The notes under the pieces are model-generated. The model ran no database searches, was not told where the DNA came from, and was given only the letters and a program-made list of their open reading frames with translations. Shown piece after piece: positions 53,295-64,000 of a stretch of DNA of 64,000 nt. Location of the stretch: assembly GCA_951406725.2 (NCBI GenBank), contig OX597823.1, forward strand, positions 30,938,001 to 31,002,000. The letters are read 5' to 3'. How positions within the stretch are numbered: position 1 is the stretch's first letter; each line of letters starts with the position of its first letter. This stretch comes from Octopus vulgaris. Its lineage: Eukaryota. The translations under genes and the position numbers were made by a program.

Positions 53295-53410
53295 TATGAT
53301 AGATCGCTAGCCACTACACATTCTTTATTTTCTCTCCTTGTTTCTTTATGTGTTCCTTTCTGCACCACTTGTCATCGTCTTTTGTTTTTTTTTTGTGAAT
53401 CCTCCGCCCC
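53295..53410 (+). mobile_element. Family B element with ribozyme core deleted
   Basis: GTTCCTTTCTG joined directly to CACCACTTGTCATCG. Confidence 0.7.
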
Positions 53411-53413
53411 CAC

Positions 53414-53465
<52 letters not shown>

Positions 53466-53609
53466 TCTGTGTGTCTTTGTGCCCCATCACCGCTTGACAA
53501 CCGATGTTGGTGTGCTTACGTCCCCGAAAACTAGCTGTTCAGCGAAGAGACCGATAGAATAAGTACTAGGCTTACAAAGAATAAGTCTTGGCGTCGCCTT
53601 GTTTGACGA

Positions 53610-53770
53610 GCGGTTTTACATGGATATTTCTCAATGATGATATTGACAGTCATTGATGACGGATGGGCGTCCACTATGCTCGCGATCTTCAAGGCTCAGG
53701 TCTCTACTCGAAATTGTTTAAACTATTTTCAAGCTGACTACTCCCATGTCATTTCCTCACCAAGAGACAA
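53610..53770 (-). mobile_element. Mariner transposase fragment
   Basis: Minus: FKQFR..DLSLEDREHSGRPS. Confidence 0.65.
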
Positions 53771-53991
53771 TCGCAGGATGGGTCGAAACGATCGACGTAC
53801 AAAATAAAGTCTAACACTAAATTCATCTTCTGTTTACTTAATTGATTATTATCTCAACTTACACTGCGGAATTCCTGAAGGAGATTCAACGGAAATATAC
53901 CCGGCTGCTGATGACACCAGGTAGCCTGAACTGTGCCAGTGCTTTACTCAACACACCAGCACACTAATTGACATATACTCATTAGTCTGAA

Positions 53992-54055
<64 letters not shown>

Positions 54056-54477
54056 AAAGGTAAAAAAACATATATGTCCGGTTTAGGCATTGTACTTTTA
54101 CGGCCGACTGCCCTTGAGGTCAATCGCATTTGTTCTGTTCTGTTCTGTCTTGCAATCTGGTCAGCTAAGATTCTTCCATTTCTTTTTCCCCTACACTAGC
54201 TTACTATACTCGTCTGATAGTCGAAAGACCCTTTCTGTTTGCTACTTCTTTTGTTTTTTGTATATGTACATTCATTTGCCTTGACCAGGGGCTTAATGCT
54301 TCTAGCTAAGTCCTTGGCCCAGCCGGTTTCGAGTAGTATCGGAAAAAATTAGGCGAAGCTACGTGGACGTTTCGAAATCCGACTGAAGAGCAAATGATCC
54401 GTGTATCATGTCCTATTTGCCGTGGTTGTTCTATCGTCCTTTTTCTGCTTGCTGTTCCGTTTGTTGTGTTTTTTTAC

Positions 54478-54584
<107 letters not shown>

Positions 54585-55330
54585 CCCCCCCCACACACAC
54601 ACGTAATTGTGTGTGTCTTTGTGTTTTTGTTTTCCCCTCAACCCCTTGACAATCGGTTTTGTTTTGTTTACGTCGTCGTAACCGAGCGTTTCGGCAAAGA
54701 AACCAATATAATGAGCAGCAGACTTTAAAAAAATAGTAATGAGACCGATAGTAATGAACTTTTCAAGGCGATGCTACAGTATGGCTGCAATCCAATGACT
54801 GAAACAAGCAAAAGATAAAACACATATGCCTTACTATAAGTCATTCTGGAACTGAAAAACTCTCCTCTTATTTTAACTTTAAACAACCCATAAGTAGTTT
54901 ACTAAATGATATGGGAATATTATTGTTCTGGATCCGCCGCGGTTGTCTTTGCCTTTCATCATTTCGGGGTCGATAAATTAAGTACCAGTTGCGTACTGGG
55001 TCGATGTTATCGACTAGTCTCCCCCCTCAACATTTCAGGCCTTGTGCCTATAGTAGAAAAGAATATTATCGGTCTGGATGATTTCGTTGCTTGAGTGAGG
55101 CACGGTCGTAGAACTGTCTAAAACTACATGAGATTAGAACATCAAATAGCAATGGTCATTCACTCTTACAACTTTGCCTTGAGCTGAATCTTGTTATTGA
55201 AAATAAAGGATTTCTTAAAAATACTTTAAAACACCATTGCTTTAACTGCTGATATTTGATGGTGCAGAATTCTTTCTATTATAGATACAAGGCCAAACAT
55301 TTAGCGAGGCAAGAAGCTGATCAACTACAT

Positions 55331-55608
55331 CAGTGATTCCCGAACGTTTTCGGGCAACCATCCCCTTGACACCCAGGCCACATTCCTAGCGCGCCCACCC
55401 CAACTAACCATCACAAACATGGACCTCTTTCTGAAGCAAATTCAAAGCAACTGTATTTCACAAACAAAAACTTAACTTAATGAAACCATCATTTTTGTTG
55501 TTTTTACATGAATCGCTCCCCCATTATCACCCAATTTTTCTTCAACAACCCCCTTGGAACTTTCCATCACCCCCAAAGGAGCAATACCACCCACTTTGGT
55601 AACCACTA
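55331..55608. mobile_element. hAT MITE with 8-bp TSD AACTACAT, nested in a degenerate family 2 SINE (55270-55745, -)
   Basis: TSD 55323-55330 / 55609-55616; TIR CAGTGATTCCCGAA / TTTGGTAACCACTA. Confidence 0.9.
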
Positions 55609-55814
55609 AACTACATCGAACCTTGTGCTGAACTGCAACTTATCTTATCGACCCTGAAAGGGTGTAAAACAAAGTCAACATCGGCAGAATATGAACTTAG
55701 AACATAAAGAGCCGGAAAAAATGCTGCTAACAATTCTACCGGCTGGTTTCTGATGTATCATATAATAGTAAACCATCGAATTCAAAGGTTTAAATCACTC
55801 GATGATATATCAAT

Positions 55815-56350
55815 CAAAAATGTTGACGATTTGGATCACACATAGTAGACTCCCAAAAGGACTTTCGCATGCGCGAAGCCCTTGCTTGGGAGGCATGGAA
55901 CAGACTTGATCAGACCTGGCACTCAAACCTTCCACCACGTTAAAAGTTAAAATATTTAGAACACTGATTGAGCTGGTCCTTCTGTATGGATCAAAGACCT
56001 GGACCTTATCGGCTGTCTTAGAAAAGCAACAAGATGGGACATATACCAACCTGCTCAGAAAGATACAGAACATCAGTTGGAGATCACAACCAACACTTAG
56101 TAACATCTACGGAAATCTGATACCAATATCCCTCAAGCTAAAGCAGAAATGGCTACAATTTGCTGGCCACAGTCATCGGGCAGAGAAAGAGGTTATCTCG
56201 TCCCTGCTCCTATGGCATCCCCCTGGAAGTGTTTTCTCCAGGAAGCTGACATTTCCAGACTCCGATATCTCGGGACTCAGGGCTGGATATTAGAGATCTG
56301 AACACAGCAATGCAGGACTGTGTAGTGTGGAAAGGAGTGATGATGAAGGT
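55815..56350 (+). mobile_element. RTE-group LINE 3' fragment (different family)
   Basis: KVKIFRTLIELVLLYGSKTWTL...QFAGHSHR, frameshifted. Confidence 0.8.
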
Positions 56351-56574
56351 TTATTTCACAATCCAAGAACAAAAACGTATTCAACATTAAAAGTGAGGCC
56401 CAGTTTTTTCTTGAGAAACTTAACCAGCTTTCGGAACCTGATGAAAGTAGTACATTATAAGACTTTATGGTAAAAGATTTATTCAACTTTTGAATGAACA
56501 ACTGGGTTTTAGAAGAGAAAATCTAACGGCTAATTTCCAAGGAAACTAAATGCATTTGTGTGTGTGTATGTGTT

Positions 56575-56661
<87 letters not shown>

Positions 56662-57272
56662 GAGTGCGTATGTGTGGGTGTGTTTTATACTGTTACATTT
56701 TTGCGTTTACCGAAAAAAAATGCATATTTTTTTCAAACTACAGTACTAATTTAACTAATTGCACTAAATGACTTTTTTCTAATCAGTAAAATTTCTCAGA
56801 ACCTGCTTCGGTGCTTGTGGGTATACATTGCTCTAAATAGCTTTATCTTTTCAGTCAAGAGGTTAAATCCAATTTTAAATGAAGTCACAGAACTTAAGAT
56901 GTTCAACATTCTCTATGAAAAGATATTGCTGTGAAGAACTTCATCGATTTAAATGCAAAACTGGGTCCTGCATCGTGCAACATATGCATTTATATATATG
57001 TGTGTATATATAAAGTATATATGATATTTGTCTATATATACATATATATGAATATGGTATGTATGTGTATATGTATATGTATGTATGTATGTGAATATAT
57101 ATATACATATATATATTAATAATAATATGACAACAAAAGAATGAATGCGACCTCGATATTATGTAAATTGAGGAATTTATCTATAAATATATAATATAGG
57201 ACAATCAGTTAGTTGTCATAATAAAACTCAGAGTTTTAGAATAACAATTAACTGATTGTCCTATATTATATT

Positions 57273-57308
<36 letters not shown>

Positions 57309-57339
57309 CGTATGTATGCATGTATGTATGCATACATAT

Positions 57340-57415
<76 letters not shown>

Positions 57416-58774
57416 CAGAAGATGTCTGTCTGTGTAACTGCATGCATTTCTACATTTTATAACCGATTTGCACCAAATTTCATTGATAAGTTTCTGAAGT
57501 CACATTACGCGTCGTTGTCTATTTTATTTTTCCATACATCGATTGTGCCCCATCCCAGGGGCAGGTAACTCTCTTAAGTATCTCTGTTTGAATCAGCAGT
57601 ACTACAGCATAAAGGCCCAGTAATTCCTGCAGTTTGCCTCCCATCTTCACCAAAATTAATCTTTTGTTTGCTTATCGCCTACAAATAAAGTTGCAGGCAT
57701 TCACTTGCGCAGAAATTCATGTAGGGGACCCCTTGTGTAGCAGTAAACCGATTTTGATGAATGTTGAAGTTGCTATCATCAATGCAACAAAACATCATGA
57801 CTACTTGAGTTGGCGTTTGGTTTCCACGAAACGAGACGTATTGATTACCCATGGCTCACAGAGGAAAGGGAACACATGAACTTTTACTTGAACTTATCAA
57901 AGGGAGCTCTGGCGGAGCAGTAAGCCCCTCCACCCGATTTACCTATTGAAGTTCACATTAACATTGTATTAGTACCTGAAATTTACGTTCGATTTTAATT
58001 TTACGGGACACATTGGTTACTCATTGCCTAAAGATGATGCTGAAGACACTGTCTATACCCGGCACAAAAAGGGGACCCCAGGGGAAGTAAGCTCTGGTGA
58101 GTCATTTATTGAATCTAGCTATTGTAATACAGCAAAGGGTCATAGCTTCGATAATTGGTAGTCCCATAAAATGAATTTCGACACAGTTGTTATTCATTTG
58201 CTACAGATGAAGATACAGTGAGGCACATCTACTTCCATTTCAGTTCAGTAAGAGGACCCCCTCGGTGGACAAGAGCCTAAATCATTAACTCATAAAACTT
58301 CAAACTGCCACAATAAAACAAGTATCAGAATCTCGAGAGTTAATTATGGTTATTGCCTGCCATAAGATAAAGTACCGCAGATTCGTTACCACTTGAATTC
58401 TGCAAAGGATCCCCCTAGGGAGGGCAGTGAGCCCCTTTGGGCCACTTTTCAAGTTCATATTATGGTCGCGGCAAAGCATTTTAACTTCTGGAAATAACAA
58501 ACAATTTAAACGAAAGTTGACACATCAGTTACTCATGTCCTACAAATGGAGGAGCAAATTTTTAAATCCCCCACACTAAACCTTAGTTTGCTTAGTTTAG
58601 GATGATTAAATTTAATTTTGCAACCGGTTGTCTCCACCGTGTAATTGTACAAGAATTAAGTATGGAATAGGGAGTTAATTTTTTTCCTTGAACTTTGGCG
58701 TCCTTTTACACTCCTGACCAAGAAAACACGATTTAACCCAGGTGTAAATTTTAACGCCTACTGTTTGTGGATTG

Positions 58775-59200
58775 TTAATTACCTCACGGAAGTTCTTAAC
58801 TCCCAAGACCTCCCCCCCCCCCCCGGATTGCCACCACACTTATTGCTCTTCAGGAATTTGGAACGCATCTGGTCGTCGAAAAGGCGATGCCTCATGTTAT
58901 AGAGGCAACAATACTTACAGGATGTAGAAAGGGGGATATTGTCTTCGTACCAAGGATACCTCTCATTCCATCCGGTAAAGACATTCCTTTCGCATTCAGA
59001 AGGCTGCAATTCCCTCTTCGGCTCAGTTTCGCCATGTCGATTGACAAATCACAGGGTCAGACGCTGATGGTCACATGGATTAATTTAGAAGACCCGTGCT
59101 TCTCTCTTGGTCAACTATATGTTGGCTGCTCTCGAGTGGGGTACCGACATAACCTATTTGCTTTTGCAACACGCGAGAAAACCCCAAATATATGTTGTTT
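58775..59200 (+). pseudogene. Helitron PIF1-like helicase fragment
   Basis: VIEATILTG..GDIVFVPRIPLIP...RLQFPLRLSFAMSIDKSQGQTL..FSLGQLYVGCSRV. Confidence 0.9.
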
Positions 59201-59733
59201 TTTTTGTATAAGTTCTAGCATTTGTTGTATCCTTGTGCTATTTTTGTCCTTTTGATAATATCATGTACACCTCTGAGGATGCCATTGTTATACGTTATAA
59301 ATGTTCATTGTCTCAGTTTTCCGCATTCATATGTTGCTATCATGTTTTGCTATTGATGTTCCGTAGTTTTAACTTAATTAATCTACTTTTCCCTACAGCT
59401 TATTTACACACTTTTTTGACATTCCAGCATGATCTTGCCAAGGCCGTTTTTGTGGCCACCGGCTTTTGCATGCTTTTCTAGGATACAATCTCAAATAACA
59501 AGCAAAGTAGATACGACACACCAAAGTGGTGTGAAGGACTTCTTAAGGGCCACCACCTCTAATCGGAGCCGTCTTTGCTGACAGCACCGCCGCTGAGACT
59601 TTCAAGAGTGAACGATCCAAGGCTCTCCTCAGGGCCAACAAGATTACATTGCTACCATCGTATTCATCTTTGCTGGCAGCACCACCGCAGAGATATTTCA
59701 ATGACAATGATGATCATCACTGCAACTACCACC

Positions 59734-59780
<47 letters not shown>

Positions 59781-60257
59781 TATCATGATGAGAAGATTAG
59801 TTGTTGCAATAATTGTTTCCCACCCCCAGCTCCGACCGGGAAGACATCGATCATATTCTATGTGCAAAGGACTACCTTATCCTACATGTTTATTTTGAGG
59901 GACAAAAAAGGATCAGGTGTTATTTGGGGCAGGTATAGTTGCTATTTCTAAAAGGTATAGCAATCACATGAAGGGTGCTCTTGTTGGCTGGAGGACCGGG
60001 TTGTTTCTTGCGGTGGTTATCACGTGAAGAAGATACTGTGTTTTGTATGGTGCTAACACGTGAGAAATTGTGTTGCTGTATCATAAGAAATTACCATGTC
60101 CGTATGAAGTACAGATACACACATATTTACAAACACACACAAACACACACACACGCACGCACATGCAGTGCGTGTGTGTTATATATTAACAGTTCTTTAT
60201 CTATTACGATTAGCATTCATGAAATTATACACCAACTGTTTTCTATCTATCTATCTG

Positions 60258-60338
<81 letters not shown>

Positions 60339-60415
60339 ATGTCTGTCTGTCTGCCTGTCTGTCTATCTGTTTGTCTGTCTGTCCGTCCGTCTGTCCGTCC
60401 GTCTGTCCGTCCATC

Positions 60416-60446
<31 letters not shown>

Positions 60447-60449
60447 CTA

Positions 60450-60612
60450 TTTTTTTTTGTTCTTTTCTTCCCTTTTACGATCCCTCTTGATCGAAAACCT
60501 ACGCCACCCCTTTTTTTTTCTTTTGTTTTTTGTTCTCTTCATCCCCCAAAAGAAAAGCTCTACCTTGTAACTTGTCCCATCTGTGTGCAGCCCTGTGTGG
60601 CCAATAAAGAAA
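60450..60612 (+). mobile_element. Short Tx1-like 3'UTR end within (TATC)n
   Basis: GTGTGCAGCCCTGTGTGGCCAATAAAGAAA resembles 52420-52450. Confidence 0.55.
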
Positions 60613-60636
60613 CTTATCTATCTATCTATCTATCTA

Positions 60637-60695
<59 letters not shown>

Positions 60696-60727
60696 GTTTG
60701 TCTGTCTGTCCGTCCGTCTGTCCGTCC

Positions 60728-60801
<74 letters not shown>

Positions 60802-60862
60802 ATATATATATCTATTTATCTATCTATCTATTTATCTATCTATCTGTCTATCTGTGTATCTG

Positions 60863-60900
<38 letters not shown>

Positions 60901-61769
60901 CATCCATCTCTCTATCTCTATCCATCTATCTATCATTACTGCTCATTCTCCTAATGTATACTACATGAACGCATGCATAAGTACATACATACAGACACAA
61001 ACATATATATTTTATATTTTATATGTATGCATATGTATATGTATGTAGGTGCGTATGTGTATTTGTATATATGTATTTCACACACATACACACACACATA
61101 TATATATTAGTGGGTATTTGTGTGCGAGTGCTTTGAGTTGCGTATATTCTCATATTCGTATCTATGTTAGTTAATTCTTCAGGTACATGTATTCTCTGAG
61201 AACGTGTCCGTATGAGAATATGGATGATTAATGTATGTGTGCGTATGGTTGCCTCTTCATTCTACGTTTAATGTTTTCTACATCACAGATATCATACTGG
61301 TTGACAAGACAGGGAATGTTTCTGAAACAAGACAGAGAACAATTGCAAAGAAAATGGCGGCGGCGGTACTTGAAATAATTAGTTAAGCAGACGATGAAAT
61401 CAACTTGATTTGATGTGCACCAAATGTAGTTTGTATGAAATACGAAAAACATTATCGGGTCGCCATTTTGCTGAAAGGTTAACTCCAGCATGTCGTTTGT
61501 TCCAAGTACTGAAATGACTTTAATGATAATACCGAAAGATTAAGAGTAATAAATTATAAACACGATAAGATAGAATATAAAATGAAAAACGGTAAAAATA
61601 CGAAAAATGCTAAACGAAATAATTTAAAGTGTTATGGTTAGTAATGTCAGAATCAATGGAAATTAAAAGAAGAAATACACGCAGATACACATATATAATT
61701 ATACCTGCACACACACACAAAACACACACATATCTTATTCATATATTATACATATATACATACATACTA

Positions 61770-61832
<63 letters not shown>

Positions 61833-62149
61833 ATGTATATATATATACGCGCGCATATATATTCAAGTATATGTTAATGCATATCTATGTACATAGACAG
61901 AGATATATGCATACATATGCACGCACACAACTGCATGTGCATGCACACACACGTTACATACACACTCACACACACATATACGCGCATGCACATATATTTT
62001 CTTCCACAAACCGCCATTTTACGGATTAATGTAATGATTTGCAAGAAAAAATACTCGACCTCAGCATTAGAGAACGATGATAAAATTGACTATGTGGCTT
62101 CATGCCTTTCCCAAACTATTTATAACTACAGAGGGATAGCTGATAACTA

Positions 62150-62540
62150 TCAGGTCATCCCATAAGTTCTGTCCGATTTTCCCTTTTTGAAAACTGAATG
62201 AAATTTAATAGTATTTTAGAATGTCTAATGGAATAAATAATATTTTTATGTATTTGTGTACATTTAAACTTATCAAATTTTATTTTACAGAAAATAGAAT
62301 TAAAATTTCTTTGATTAAAACCCCTTCTAACATAGACGTATTCGAAGAGCATTTGAGGCACCTAATGCTTTTTGAGTACAAAAACGGAAACTCTGCAGCC
62401 GAAGCGACTCGAAACATTACACTCAGTTTATGGGAAAGAATGCTTGAATGAAAGAACTTGCAGAAGATGGTTTGCAAAATTCAGAAGTGAAGATTTCAGC
62501 CTTGAAGATGAAGATCGAACAGGACATCCAGTTGAGTTTT
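62150..62540 (+). mobile_element. Mariner 5' fragment
   Basis: TA-TCAGGTCATCCCATAAGTT terminus; EHLRHLMLFEYKNGNSAAEATRNI..RTCRRWFAKFRSEDFSLEDEDRTG. Confidence 0.85.
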
Positions 62541-64000
62541 CCTGAATATGTCTGCTGCAGTTGGGGTGAGTCTAATATACCCATGTGTCTTTTATGCTAT
62601 CAAATATGGCGGCGCAACTGCAGCTAATGAATGTAAGTTTACATGGTTGCACCATTTGTTAAAAATCTCAGAGCACCTCTCCTATTGCATCCTATTGTCT
62701 GAACATAAAGATGGCATTAGATAATGTATTCCTGTCTGAAAAAAGAAAGACGACTAAAGATGGAACAGTTTTGTCTGAAACTTTCTTAATCATAGTTATG
62801 TTGGATAAAGATATACTTGAAGTGTAACAACAACAATATAATACTGAATATGTATGTGAACTCACAGACCATGTCTTATCCAATATTGGATATTGCTGGA
62901 AGCGACACAGACTCTTCCATTACCCACCTTCCATCCTTTTCAAAGACCAATGCTTTCCTATGGCACAAAACCACAAGCTAGGTTTACAGAAACTCATCTT
63001 GTTATCGTTTCCCAGTTCGGTCGTCATATTTTCTCTGCTTACGAAATTATATCCTGTTTTGCAAAGCCGTGTCCTGGTTTGCTTAATTTGTTTGTTGGCC
63101 GTTTATCTTTTAGCTGATTCAGAAGTTGGTCTTTTCCTATAGATAACACTATTTTTGTCCGTCCACTTCATTAATTCTTCTTTTATTACGGAAGTCGCTA
63201 AAGATATTTTTCATCTATTCTATATATGGGTTTGAAATATAAGTCTAACCTCTCTACAGAGTAATTCTTTTACGTTGATTACGTTGATTACTTCTTTTAG
63301 TTATTTTTAATAGTTGTTTTGTTTTGTTGTTGCTTCTGTGACCGCTGGTGTCCTACACTTGTTCCGTCAATATCCTACTAGTATTTTGGTGCATTTAAAA
63401 AAGATAACTTTACTCTTTCAGTAACGACATAATGGCTGGTATTGAGCAACAATTTGTTGCATATCTGTTATTTTTTATTCTTTTATTTACATTTTGCTAC
63501 AATCTACAGCTAGACTATACTGGCACCTTTTATATAAGGGATGTCACTGTTTATAATTATACCTATATATCTTTTCATTCTATATCTATTTTGATAGCGA
63601 CGTTTCGTAATTTTCTGTAAATTTTATGTGAAACACACATTAGCCCGCGCGTGCACAAACATACATACATGTAAATACACATTTATTTACATATGGATAT
63701 ATATACACAAATAATTGCCCTCCCATCTCCCCCCACGTATACCCACACACTTATATATATAAATACAAGTAAACGTTATCAAGTACAACTTTAGGTCAGA
63801 GGGAAAAAACGTCATACTATAATAATGTAAGATATTATGTGGATATTCGATGGTTCAAAACCGAACGGCTACAAGTTGTTTCGTTTTGAGCGAGATTTCA
63901 TCCGGAGATTGGTTTTTAATAAAAAAAAAATTGAAGAGGCTTATATTAGAAATGGAGTATAAAGAGAAATACGGTATGTACTTCTGGATTTACATTTTGC

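Noticed and set aside
53780-54400. Several GAAAC+palindrome fragments (53786, ~54325, ~54370); also 63598 and 63870
   Set aside because: Only half-motifs are visible; possibly decayed HHR elements but not callable.
57500-58560. 1 kb of unique higher-complexity sequence
   Set aside because: No ORF, repeat structure or motif recognised; left unannotated.
58887-59255. Host PIF1 gene
   Set aside because: Fragmentary, frameshifted and intronless, of Helitron type; the same applies to 43768-44290.

Overview
AT-rich eukaryotic non-coding DNA, saturated with microsatellites and transposable elements. The repeat complement (tRNA-derived CORE-type SINEs, RTE/CR1/Tx1 LINE pieces, Helitrons, mariner/hAT MITEs) strongly suggests an Octopus-like cephalopod. 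I can support no intact host gene; nearly all ORF-track entries are microsatellite translations or decayed TE frames. The main signal is at least 7 unrelated short non-coding element families carrying minimal type-I hammerhead ribozyme (HHR) motifs with palindromic helix III, the Penelope-like/retrozyme signature, usually arranged as inverted (foldback) pairs. Unusual variants include ~100-nt helix II inserts, a U3-A8 compensated core, A6 substitutions and a tRNA-headed HHR SINE. Other points: an in-frame Tx1-ORF1/RTE chimera, apparent Tx1 targeting of (ATT)n beside a 550-bp (AAT)n-flanked element, a SINE carrying a Tx1-like tail, a candidate HDV-like ribozyme in an RTE 5'UTR, and a hidden 45-bp-period inverted motif array. 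All calls are by eye, and repeat boundaries are approximate.
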